A stretch of DNA of 64,000 bases, from the NCBI GenBank assembly GCA_035221665.1, contig CM069134.1, positions 80,538,001-80,602,000 of the forward strand, in the 5' to 3' direction. This document shows, one piece after another, positions 10,821 through 22,592 of this stretch (positions are counted from its first letter, which is position 1; each line of letters starts with the position of its first letter). This stretch comes from Okamejei kenojei. Taxonomy: Eukaryota. Under the pieces are notes generated by a model. It searched no databases and had not been told where the DNA came from. It was given only the letters and a program-made list of their open reading frames with translations. The translations under genes were made by a program, and so were the position numbers.

Positions 10821-13800
10821 GTAAGTACTAAACTTTTTATTGATTTGCATTCTGATGAATGGGTGTTAATAATTCTGTTGTTTCTTGAAACGACTTTGTG
10901 GATATAATTGTGGGGTGAAGTAACAGCTGAGAGAAGGAGTTGGTGGGAAGCTTGGCTTGTGGCGAAAGCATAGAGGGCAGGATCTCACCAAAAATGGATG
11001 GAGAGTAGTTGTACACAAGCTTTCCTTCGGAACAGATGGGATCAAGGCCTACAGTTTCTGGTTTTGTTTTCTGCCTTTGTCAGGAATACTCATTTTATAT
11101 TTTAGATGTCAGCAATGTTTTGGTCAGAAAGATTCTTGTTGCAAAATCAGATATAACAATCGGGTCATGGTTTTATTCATCTAATGACGGTAACTTTTTT
11201 GGGAAGTCACAGTAAACTATAGATAACTTCTGTATTTATAAGGTTTGTGTTGATATTTCTACCCCTGTTCCCTTTTCTATCCTGGTTCCCCACCATTAGC
11301 ATCCTTGCTCTTTGTCGAGAAAGAGTTGTAAACCGAATTATGGGTAAATTCTTCTGCTGGCCTGTGACTGAAGACTTTTGCAGTTTTATCTATTTTTCTC
11401 CTGACAGTAAATTCTGTTTTCCCGATGATCTTCAGCCAGCAACTTTATTTCAGTAGTTAGTTGACCAGAATTGCACAACATGATTTTTTGAGGATCTGAT
11501 TTATTTTCTTTTGTAAAATTCTGGGAACCTTTGCTTTCAATTTTGCAGTTGAGCCGATCTCCTACTTTCATTTTTTTTAAACTGGGTGGCACAGTGACGC
11601 AGTGGTAGACTTGCTGCCTAACAGCGCCAGAGACCCAAGTCTCTGACGCCGTTGTGACCCTATGACTGTGTGTTTTCCCCGTGGTGCAAAATTATAGGAG
11701 GGGGGGAACCTCTATAAGCCAATCACAAATAAAGATCATATACATTTATTGACAGTTCCCTAACCTAATCACAAAGTACCCCATTACATTGTTTCCACAG
11801 AAGACAGTTCACCAAAGTAAAGAAACATTTCCCCAGGTAGTATAAAGAATTTGAACAAGGCTCCATACATTGACCAATCATAAGATAACAGCACAAACAC
11901 TCCGCAGCATAATTAACAATACTTTGCAACACCCCAATCTATAACCAATCATGATCATGCATTTGCAACCCTGCCCAGCTCTTTCTGCAAAACCCTCATA
12001 CATATTAACAATAGGGAGGACATCTGGACATCACCTTGTACTTACTTCCTCCCAGGGTCCAGACACCCTGGAGCCATGACTTATGACCCTGCAGCTTTTC
12101 ACAGAAAGAAAACAAGCAGGCTTTGCAAATGCAGAGATCCTCCATTTTGTGACATATTTATTTGGCCAATATTATCAATGAGATCCATGGAGATCTAGCA
12201 AACTGGATACAGAATTGGCTTCATGGAAGGAAGGCAACGGTGGCAGTGAAAGGCTGTTTTTCGGACTGGAGGCCTGTGGAGAGTGGTGTGACTCAGGGAT
12301 TTGGATGAAAATGTACAAGGCAAGATTTAGTAAGTTTACAGCTGACATTAAAATGGGCGGTATCGTAGATAATGCAGAAGGTTATCAACAATAACAGCAG
12401 GCGCTTCATCATCTCACCAAGAGGGCTGCAGAATGGCTTATGGGGCTTAATGCAGATAAGTGAGATGTGTTGCGTTTGGACGCGATGGGCAATATTTAAT
12501 ATGAACCTAATATATGGACAACCACCCTCTGATTGAAAAAGTTGCCCTTCACGTTCTATAACAGCATTTAAAACACACTTGGACGGGTATGTATAGGAAA
12601 GGTTTTGAGAGATATGGACCAAGCACAAACAAATGGGACTAGCTATGATAGAGCATCTTAATCAGCGTGGACGACTTGGGCTGAAGGGCCTGTTTTCTTG
12701 CTGTATAACTGACATTAATAGCAGCACTGTTTAGAATCCCACAAACAGAACATTAATTTTGTTGAAATCATTATTAATAAAGTGTTGTCACTTTGAGTGG
12801 TAAAAATTGTTATGTGTATTTGATCCACATTTTAAATTAAATAGTTGCCAAACATTTCTAGATGTAACATTATTTCACTCAGTTTCAATAACAACTGTTA
12901 ACAAAGTGATTCTACTTATCTTTCCTTTTATGTTTTCCAGGTAGATGGAGGCATAATTCATAGTTTAAAGAATGAAGTTATTAATTATAATTTCAAGTAC
13001 TCTTACTTCGATATATTTGTGAGTAAATGTTCTCATTTCCCTTGAAGAACTTGCTAAATGCTACATTCTAAATCTGGTGTGAGTTTTATCTATCTCTCTT
13101 TGTTTTTGCAGTTACTGGCAGTATTTCGATTCTTTATGCTAATTTTTGCATACGCTCTGTGTAGGTTACGCCATTGGTGGGTGATTGCGGTGAGTGACTC
13201 TTCTTGGCTGTTAAGATGGGAAATTGACCTATTAAATGTCGCCCAGAAACGCGACTCTTTTCAAATCAGGCAAAAATTTGAAAAATATTGTACACATCTG
13301 ATTTTTAGGTTATGGCACTCTATTGCAGGGGAAAGAATCAATGGTCTTAATGCAAACTGTCCACATTAACAACTGTCCAAAAGGATATATTCTCTGCAAT
13401 CACCTGAGCAATAAACTTGCCTTTTGCCTGGTTGCAAAGGCAAGTCTAATACAAGGTGATTGTAGACGTTGTATCCTGACAACCAATAATCAATAACAAT
13501 TATCTGTTGGATGAGAACATTAGCAGCTTTCCTCCAAATGTTGTTTTCCCACTGCATAGACAACAGAGCCGCCTGAACATGTTGGAGACAGCGGGGCTAT
13601 TAGAAAGGGTAAAGCACCAAATTGCTTTTATATATGGTCATAAGGAATAGGAGTAGAATTTGGCTATTCGACCCATCAAGTCTACTCTGCCATTCAATTA
13701 TGGCTGAGCTATCTCTCCCTCCTCACCCCATTCTCCTTCTCCCCATAACCTCTGACACCTGTACTAATCAAGAATCTATCTCTGCCTTAAAAATATTCAC

Positions 13801-16800
13801 TGACTTGACTTGGCAAAGAATTCCACAGATTCACCTCCCTCTGACTAAATAAAATTTCTCCTCATCTTCCTAAAAGAACGCCCTTTAATTCTGAGGCTAT
13901 CACCTCTAGTCGCAGTCTCTCCCACTGGTGGAAACTTCTCTCCACATCCACTCTATCCAAGCCTTTCACTATTCTGTGTGTTTCAATGAAGTCCCCCCTC
14001 ATTCTTCTGAACTCCAGCGAGTACAGGCCCAGTGCCGACAAAAGCTCATCATAGGTTAACCTGCTCAATCCTGGATTATTCCTGTAAACCTCCTCTGGAC
14101 CCTCTCCAGAGTCAGCATGTCCTTCGTCAGATATGGTGCCCAAAATTGCTCACAATATTCCAAAGGCAGTCTTACCAGCGCTTTATAGAGCCTCAATATT
14201 ACATCCCTGTTTTTGTATATAAGCCCTCTTGAAATGAATGCCGTTCGCATTATGTTTGCTTTCTTTGCTACCGATTCGACTTGCAAATTAACTTTTTGGG
14301 AATCCTGCACCAGCACACACAAGTCCCTTTGCACCTCCGATTTCAGAATTCTCACTCCATTTAGAAAATTGTCTATGCCATTGTTCCCACTATCAAAATG
14401 CATGGCTGTACACTTTGCTACACAATATTCCATCTGCTACTTCTCTGCCCACTCCCAACCTGTCCAAGTCCTTCTGCAGAGTCCCTGCTTTCTCTACACT
14501 ACCTGCCTCTCCACCTATTTCCGTATCATCTGCAAACCTGGTCACAAAGCCTTCAATCCCCTCGTCCAAACCATTAATATAAAATGTGAAGAGTAGCGGC
14601 CCCAGCACCTTGTGAACCTCCATTAGTCACTGGCAGCCAACCTGAAAAAGCCCCCTTTATTGCCACTCTTTGTCTTCTGTCATCCAGCCAACCTGCTATC
14701 CATGCTTGTATCTGCCCTTTGATACTGTGGGCTCTCATCTTCCTTAGTAGCCTAATGTGTGGCACCATATCTAAGTAAACAACAGCTACTGACTGTCTGT
14801 GCTGCTATTTACTTTTTCAAAAAATTCCAGCAAATATGTCAAGCAAGACTTCCCCTTCACAAAGCCATGCTGACTTTGGCCTATTTTATCTGTAGCCTCA
14901 TCCTTTATAATGGATTCCTTTATAAAATCTTACCAACCACCAAAGTCAGATTAACTGTTCTAAAGTTCCCACTATTCTGTCTTTCTCCCTTTTCGTGCTG
15001 CGGGGTAATATTGGCAATTTTCCAGTCATCTGCGACCCCTCCTGACTCTAGTGATTCGTGGAATATCACTATCCATGCCTCCACAATCTCTAAAGCCACC
15101 TCTTTCAGAACCCTAGGTGCAGTCCATCCGGCCCCAGTGACTTATCCACCTTCAACCCTTTCAGCTTCCCAAGCATCCTGTCCCTAGTAATAGTCACTCC
15201 ACCATCTTTGACTCCCTGATTCTCTTGAATTTCAGGCATATTGCTGGTGTATTCCACTGTGAAGACTGATGCAAAAAAAGTTATTCAACTCCTCTGCCAT
15301 TACTTTATTCCCCATTATCACTTCTCCTGCATCATTCTCCAATGGTCCAATGTCCAGTCTTGCCTCTTTCTTGCTCTTTATATAACTGAAAAAACTTGCT
15401 ATCCTATTTTATATTAGTGGGTAGCTTACATCTGTAGTTCATCATTTCTCCCCTTATTGTCTAATTAGTTACCTTCTGTTATTCTTTAAAAACTTCCCAA
15501 TCCTCTGGCTTCCCACTAAATTTTGCTATGTTATACGCCTTCTCTTTTAGTTTTTTGCTGTCCGTGACTTCCCTTGTCAGCCACGGTTGCCTCTTTCTCC
15601 CCCTAGAATCTTTCTTCCTCTTTGGAATGAAAAGATCCTGCATCTTCCGGATTATTCCCAGAAATCTGTGCCATTGCTGTTCCACTGTCATCCCTGCTAG
15701 GGTCCTTTTCCAGTCAACTACGGCCAGCTCCTCCCTCATGCCTCTGTAGTCCCCTTTTGGCAAGCTGCAATGCTGACACATCCAATATCGGCTTCTCCCC
15801 CTCAAATTGCAGATTAAAACTTATCACATTGTGGTCGCTACCTCAGTGGTTCCTTTACCTTGAGTTCCCTTTTCACTGTAAATATGCCTTCATTCAAATA
15901 ACATTTAGATTAGGTGTAGAAGTTTTCATAGCCCCAACTCTGCTGTAACAGGGAATGCTTCTTCTGTTCCAGGTTACAACTGCTGTTACCAGTGCCTTTC
16001 TAATTGCAAAGGTCATCATTTCCAAGGTATGAAGTAATCATTGAAACTTACGTTCTGTCCAAAAGATTTATGCTGAGATATACCTGCAGCTAATTTCTTT
16101 GACCTAAACATGTCGGATTTCACTTTAGCTCTTGGCGGAAGGTACAGCCTTTGCCTATTTGCTGCCAATAATCTCCTTCATACTGGCCTGGATCGAGACG
16201 TGGTTTCTGGATTTTAAAGTTTTGCCACAAGAGGCGAAGGATGAAAACAGTTAGTAAAATTACTCTATTTACTTTTAAATTTACTATCCCTCAGTACACT
16301 AGGTAGAGCAGATGATATACAATGTCCTGATAAAAGATGAATCACGAGTATTGAAGTCTTTTCAATGTTGCCTGTCTGGTCTTTTGCTTTATCTACAACC
16401 TATTCCCGGTTTATTCAACTTACAGTACCATTTTTAAATGAGAAACAAATTTTCCACTGCCACTTCCTCCCCTGGGGTTACTGACATCGTCACCACTCTC
16501 CCTCCGTTGCCTTCTCCTCCTCAAGGTGGAAGATGTCGGTGACTCTGGGTGGAGGGGGGTAGTGGCAGAGTGGACAAAGTAATAGCCAACTGGATGAAGC
16601 AGCACCAGGTGAGAAGGGAGGAAGCGCCATGGTGACCAAGCGCCTCCTGGTGGCAGCCTAAAGAAGGCCCTGTGGGGCAAGGGCTAGAACGTAAACCGCA
16701 ACAGAAGCGTATCAACCAGTCGAGGGTACACAAAAAGCTGGAGAAACTCAAAAAAAAAAACAGCAGCATCTAAGTGAGCGAAGGAGATAGGCGACGTTTC

Positions 16801-19800
16801 GGGTCGGAGACTAGGCCCCGGTTCTCTGAGACCAGCAGTCGTTGTGGCATTGGTGCTAGTTTTAAGATAAAACAACACAAAGTACTAGAATACCTCAGTG
16901 GGTCAGGCTGACCTGCTGAGTTACTCGAGCACTTTGTGTCGTTTTGTGTTATAACCCAGAGGCCGCTAAACAAGATGAGCCCATGGTATTAGAGGGAAGA
17001 TACAAGCATGGCTAGAAGTAAGTAAGTTTATTGGCCAAGTATTCACATACAAGGAATTTGCCTTGGTGCTCCGCCCGCAAGTAACAACATGACATGCAGT
17101 GACAGTCATGATTAACTCAGAAAATACTAAACATTAATAATAGTAAAACATTAATGATAAAACATCATTGATCAAGTATGTGAAGATTGGCAATGGCAGA
17201 AGGCAAAGAGTGGGAATGAAGGTGGCTTTTTCTGGTGGGCTGCCAGTGGACAGTGATGTTCTGCAGGGGTTGGTGTGCACTGCTTTTCACGTTTTATGTT
17301 AATGATTTGGATGAAGGAATTGATGACTTTGTGGCCAAGTCTGCAGATGATACGAAGATATGTGGAGTGGCAGGTTGTGTAAGGAAACCAGTGAGTCTGC
17401 AGGAGGACTTGGGCAAGTTGGGAGAGTGGGCAAAGAAGTGGCAGATAGACTGCAGTACAGGAAAATGTGCAGTTATGCACTTTGGTTTTAGGAATACAAG
17501 TGTAGACTACTTTCTAAATGGGGCGAGAATTCAGAAATCAGAGGTGCAAAGGGACTTGGGAGTGCTGGTGCAGGATTCCCAAAACATTTACAGTTTGAAT
17601 CTGTAGTGAAGAAGACAAATTCAATGTTTGAGAGGACTAGAACACAAAAGCAGGGAGGTAATGCTGAGGCTTTTATAAGGCACTGGTCAGACTACATTTG
17701 GAGTATAGATTGAACACCGAATTTTCCGACACCCTCGGTTCCAAAGCCTATCTGGATTACCAGTTTTTCTGGACTAACAGGGGTCATGTGACAATGAATC
17801 GACAATACACATCTGGCTTGCTAATGACAGTCCTCCCGTGTCTCAAAAGCATCATGGTGTGCCAGAAACTTAAATAAAACAGATATAAAATGTAAACTGA
17901 ATGTCAATGGAAGGACCTGCCAACCTATCCCAACTACAGTTACATGGCCGTTTAGAGCCTCCGATACCTCGTACTAGCGAGCCCTTCTTCACCCACCGAA
18001 AGGACACAAAGTGCTGGAGTAATTCAGCAGGTCAGAATCTCTGGAGAACATGAATAGACAACATCGGGACCCTTCCTCTGATTCAGTCGGCTGCGTCACT
18101 CCAGCACTTTGTGCTTCATTATGCTCTCTCGGTCACCATGTGGCTCCCTCCCCTCTCACCTGCTGTTGTTTCGAACGGTGGAGTATATCGGTGACTGGGG
18201 GAGAAGGATGAGGTGGGGGGGGGGGGTAGGGTTTGGCCACACCTTCCGACCTTTAGGTAGCCACTTTCTTCTCCTCCCCCCCTCTCCCTCCTCTCCACCA
18301 CTACTGCCATCTCATCCTCCCCAGGAGTCGCAGATATACTCCACCTTGGAAGCAACAGCAGGTGAGAGGAGAGGGAGCCCCACGGTGACTGAGGGGCCAC
18401 ACTGAAACACAAAGTGCTGGAGTAATTCATCTGACTGAATGAATCTGAGGAAGGGTCCTGATTTCACCAATCTATGTTCTCCAGCGATCCTGACCCGCTG
18501 AATTACTCCCGCACTTAGTATCCTCTCGGTAGGTGAAGAAAGGCTCGCTGATGCACCTTGCTGGGCTGGAGTTGTGTCGGAGGCTGGGGTTCTAAACGGG
18601 TGGGGAGACAGTGTGAGCTAAGCATGGGTCGGCTGGTCCATCCACTACATTCAACATTTGTTAGAACGGGGCTTAAGAGAGAAGATTGCGAGCATAGTTA
18701 ATTCTTTCACGATGGAGGGACACGACCGGAAAGAGCTTTCCCCACTCGCAATGCCATCTGGACGCTCAGGGAAATTCTATTGAGCTCTCATAATTTTATC
18801 CAGGATTATAGGTGTGGGCGGACCATCAGTTGCTGGAAAATAGGTATTCAACCTTGATTGTGAGCAGTTTTTGGCCCCATGCCTCAGGAGAGATGAGCTG
18901 GATTGGAGGGGGTCCCAAGGAGGTTTACGAGAATATTCCCAGGAATGATTGGGTTAACGTATGATGAGCATTTGATGTCTCTGGGCCTGTACTCACTGAT
19001 GTTTAGAAGGATGAGGGAATAGATCTCATTGAAACTTACCAAACAGTGAAAGACCTGGATCGAGTGGATGTGGAGAGGATGTTTCCACCAGTGGGAGAGT
19101 CCAGGACTAGAGGGCAAAGCCTCACAATGAAAGTATGTACCTTGAGAGGAAAGGAGGAGGAATTACTTAAGCCAGCGGATGGCGAATCTGTGGAATTCAT
19201 TGTTGTGGAGGCCGTCTTTGGGTAGTTTTAAAGGGGAGATCAGGTTCTTGATTAGTAACGGTGTCAAAGGTTACAGGAACAAGGCAGTAGAATGGGGCTG
19301 AGAGGGAAAGATAGATCAGCCATGATTGAATGGCGGTGTAGACTCAATGGGCCGAATGGCCTAATACTCCTCCTATGAACTTGTGCTATCTAGTTTTAAG
19401 GTGATTCTGTCTTGCGTAAAATGTGACTTGCGTAAGGATTTACAGAACATAACCCTTACTTAGGACCGGGAGTGTCTGTAGTTTCTATGTAATGTAATAA
19501 TTCAGCTGGTGTCTTTCATCTCAATGTTACCCTTTTTATTCCAGGTGTCTTTACAATATCTGATTTTTCAGAACAAGCACCTCTTATTCTACCTGGCCCT
19601 ATCTCAGATGGCCAGTTTTATTCTCCTCCTGAATCTGTTGTGGGTGAGTATTGCTGAAGAATGCTGGAAATTGTAGCCTCATCTCTAACTGTGTTTGGTT
19701 TCGTTAAGCTAATAACAGCGTTTTATGGGAAATGTTGGCCATTAATTTCCCGTAGCTTGTGTTTATTGTGCAGCAATAACAAGAAGAATATGGAGGATTT

Positions 19801-22592
19801 GATGAATTCATTTTGAAATATACATTCGTGCGCCTACATGAATTGACAACATGGAGCAAAAGGCCCATGAGCTGTTGATAAGCCAGTTATTGCAGCAACT
19901 ATACACGTGGAACAACCAGGAACATTCAGCAGAAATGTACTAGCAATACCCTTTACCCCCTGTGCTCTTCTCATGGCTAGTGGTCCTCACGGTGTCTCAA
20001 TGCCAAAATAAATGCTAAGAAATTACAACGCCACTCCAATTATCTGACAACATTTCACACCTCTTTACTGTATAGGTTTTTCTCTCTTTGTTGTATGATA
20101 TGATACAGAATGTCTCAAACTATTGAGCCTGTTGCCAGAGTGCCTTTCACTCCTAACTTGTTTTATGGTTTTCATCCCCGTATAAACCACTTGCAATCTA
20201 ATGATCTCCTGGAACCTATTTTCTTGCTTAGTTTACATCATTTTTTATGGCAGAACATGTCCAAGAAGCTAACCAGTGAAACATTTTTACTCTATTCTAA
20301 AGAGTGTAAGTTTTAATATAACTGACAGATTATTGCTTTAATGATTCTTCCTGCCGGTATGACATCCAACTGGCGTTATTGGGCCTATTCTGTTGGACAC
20401 CCACACGGTATCGCTGTCATCGTAAAAATGTTGATAACCTGACTCTTATCTGGCACCGCCAATCATCTCCTAAGATTCCTGATGACAGCACATCTCTGTA
20501 TTTGCACAAGCAGTTTCTGGATTTCTTGCTTTTCCCTTCACCCGGATTTTGATCCACTTGTCTGTCTGCACTTGCGCCACTTACCCCTTCCCAAGGACTT
20601 AATTATTATCCCATTATCACTTTCCTGGCTTGCCCATTCATGGGAACAGGATATTTTCCTGCGAGAAGGACAAGGTTGGAACTTTCTAAAATGTTTTTGG
20701 ATTAGAAATATGATCACTTCTCAACACTCTTGAAATCTAAGCAGGGTGGTAATCTTTTAAGTTGAATATTTTGGCTTTTCAAATGTTTTACGTTTGCTCT
20801 AGTGTAGCTACCAGATCTCTATCTGATCAGAGCTTATGCACGGTCAATAAGCAATAGCCTCCTTATACAAACTATTATACACAAATATTCAGCAATTTAT
20901 TTGGATCAACATTATTTATTTTCTGGAATAATAGGAATTTATTATTTCTAATCAATAATAGGAATCTATTATTTCCCTAAGTAACCAAGGAATTTCCAGA
21001 AATAGTGTTCATCCCTATAACTGTAATTCTTAAACTGTGTTTAAAAATTACTTTGTAAGCATTTGCTGAATCAATCAAACAGATAGTGTGTCAGCTAAAA
21101 TCGGCACTTCTGCTTTCTGGTGGCGGGTTTTTCGTATTAATCCAGTTCTTGCCACTACAAGGAAAACTGATGGTGATTCTCAGAAGTGTAATTGTAGAAT
21201 TATAAATAAGTGCTGAGAAATGAATGGACCTTCAGCATATTCAAGCGGATGTCTGTCAGATTTTTGGCCAATCAACTTCCATTTTAGACTGCAGTGTTAA
21301 GGTGCACAGTTTAATGCTGTCTGTAGGGTGAGTTTGAACTAGCATTTAACTCTTCGTTGAATTTGACTTTGTGTTTTTCCACTGATATCCTGATTTTGTT
21401 TTGCAGTTTTTTTCCTTCCACTGTCTTGCACAATATGTGTATGTTATGTTGTGTGTGCTATCTGCATCTATGTTTATGTAATGCTGCTGCAAGCAACATT
21501 TTCATTGTACCTCTACCTCATTGCCCTTGTGCATGGCACAAAAACAAAGCTTGACTACCCTAGAATTTGAGAAGTGCTGCAATTAGATAGGTCTGATAAC
21601 CACATCCCCTGACTTACAAATATCCTCTGATACAGGGCCTTGTTTCTCAACTGAGCCAATTTCTGCATTTGTGGTTAAACCACAGCAATCTTTGTTATGT
21701 GTTAGGACTCTTGACTCTGCTGCCGAGGCTGAGGTTTCATTTTACAGGTGTTGAGTATAAGGGAATGTAACTGTTTTTGCAGCCACTTCACCAAGCTTGG
21801 GTCAAACACATTAACATTTAACTTTTTTTTTCTCTGCCTATTTCTCTTCTATTTTCTTCTTCTATGTTCCTACTGCTTTTGTGCCCGCTGTCTATGCGGC
21901 CCTCACGCCTTCCTTCCTGCCCACCACAGCATTACAAATTTGATCAGTAAAGATACAAATTTTCAATATCCGGCATGAAAGTAAATGGGGGTGGGCAGGA
22001 GGTCACCTGTTTTGGTCTCTGCTGCAGAAAGGATGTTGATGCAACATAGGATACGCCATTGATTCTCTAGATTGCTGTCTCCTCTGAAGAAATTTAAGAA
22101 AACATATTTTTGAGCGTATTTTCATTGGCAACATAGTCGTAGTCATAAAATGATACAGCACAGAATGTTGATGAAAAGTAGAGAATTTATGTTATGCTTA
22201 TGAACTTTGGGTATAACAGGAAAATAGAAAGCTGAACTGTTAAGTTCGAAAGATGATCCATTTCCACTAAAGCAGCTGGCAAAATGACATTTAGTTATTT
22301 AAAGAATCCTGGAATAAAAAGATAGCAGGGGTACTGATGGCCTTGGGACTATTCCATTGTTTTAAAAATATTTTGCTTTGGGAAAGGAAACCTGTTGTTT
22401 TTGTCCAATCTGTGACTCCAGATACAAAGTTATATGATAGCTGTCCCAAAGGCAGTTTTTGCTGGCATGAATACAAATTGCCAAACAACCGTTTTTATGC
22501 CACAGATTTCTATGATCTGGAAACTGATGCTAACCTGTTCTTAATTTGTAGGTTCTGAAGAAGAAGATGATTCTGAGTATCCAGTGCATTAG
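10596..22592 (+). CDS. STARD3NL: STARD3 N-terminal-like protein (MENTHO), spliced CDS: 10596-10820, 12941-13018, 13112-13189, 15973-16026, 16129-16249, 19545-19643, 22552-22592 (231 aa)
   Basis: Seven GT-AG exons join in frame (696 nt including TAG). They encode MENTAL-domain motifs ISDVRRTFCLFVTFDLLF, SYFDIF, LLAVFRF..RLRHWW, TTAVTSAFL, LPIISFILAWIETWFLDFKVLPQE and DGQFYSPPES, then stop with no START domain, so this is STARD3NL rather than STARD3. It lies next to TRG as in other vertebrates. Confidence 0.96.
12941..13018 (+). CDS. STARD3NL: STARD3NL coding exon 2
   Basis: ttccag|VDGGIIHSLKNEVINYNFKYSYFDIF|gtgagt. Confidence 0.95.
13112..13189 (+). CDS. STARD3NL: STARD3NL coding exon 3
   Basis: ttgcag|LLAVFRFFMLIFAYALCRLRHWWVIA|gtgagt. 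Confidence 0.95.
13633..15872 (-). mobile_element. CR1-type LINE ORF2 (reverse transcriptase) fragment, decayed
   Basis: VPHIRLLRK, WLDDRRQRV, VLGPLLFTFYINGLD, FADDT, LYKALVRLPLEYCEQFWAPY across frameshifted ORFs. Confidence 0.92.
15973..16026 (+). CDS. STARD3NL: STARD3NL coding exon 4
   Basis: ttccag|VTTAVTSAFLIAKVIISK|gtatga. Confidence 0.95.
16129..16249 (+). CDS. STARD3NL: STARD3NL coding exon 5
   Basis: ctttag|LLAEGTAFAYLLPIISFILAWIETWFLDFKVLPQEAKDEN+1|gttagt. Confidence 0.95.
17177..19380 (+). mobile_element. CR1-type LINE RT fragment interrupted by a MITE at 17706-18856
   Basis: LLFTFYVNDLDEGIDDFVAKSADDTK; host sequence ttggagta|ttgtgagcag resumes after the insertion. Confidence 0.88.
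17706..18856. mobile_element. Tc1/mariner-pogo-like MITE with a long internal palindrome
   Basis: Imperfect TIRs tagattgaacaccgaattttcc / ggaaaataggtattcaaccttg, inserted at a TA of the CR1; internal inverted arms at ~17975-18225 and ~18305-18550. Confidence 0.65.
19545..19643 (+). CDS. STARD3NL: STARD3NL coding exon 6 (FFAT-like motif)
   Basis: ttccag|(S)VFTISDFSEQAPLILPGPISDGQFYSPPESVV+1|gtgagt. Confidence 0.93.
22552..22592 (+). CDS. STARD3NL: STARD3NL last coding exon
   Basis: ttgtag|(G)SEEEDDSEYPVH*; phase matches the previous exon, and the acidic GSEE tail resembles the mammalian protein. Confidence 0.85.

Noticed and set aside
11653-12154. Possible solo LTR (TG...CA ends, CCAAT boxes, AATAAA)
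   Set aside because: No target-site duplication visible; family unassignable by eye.
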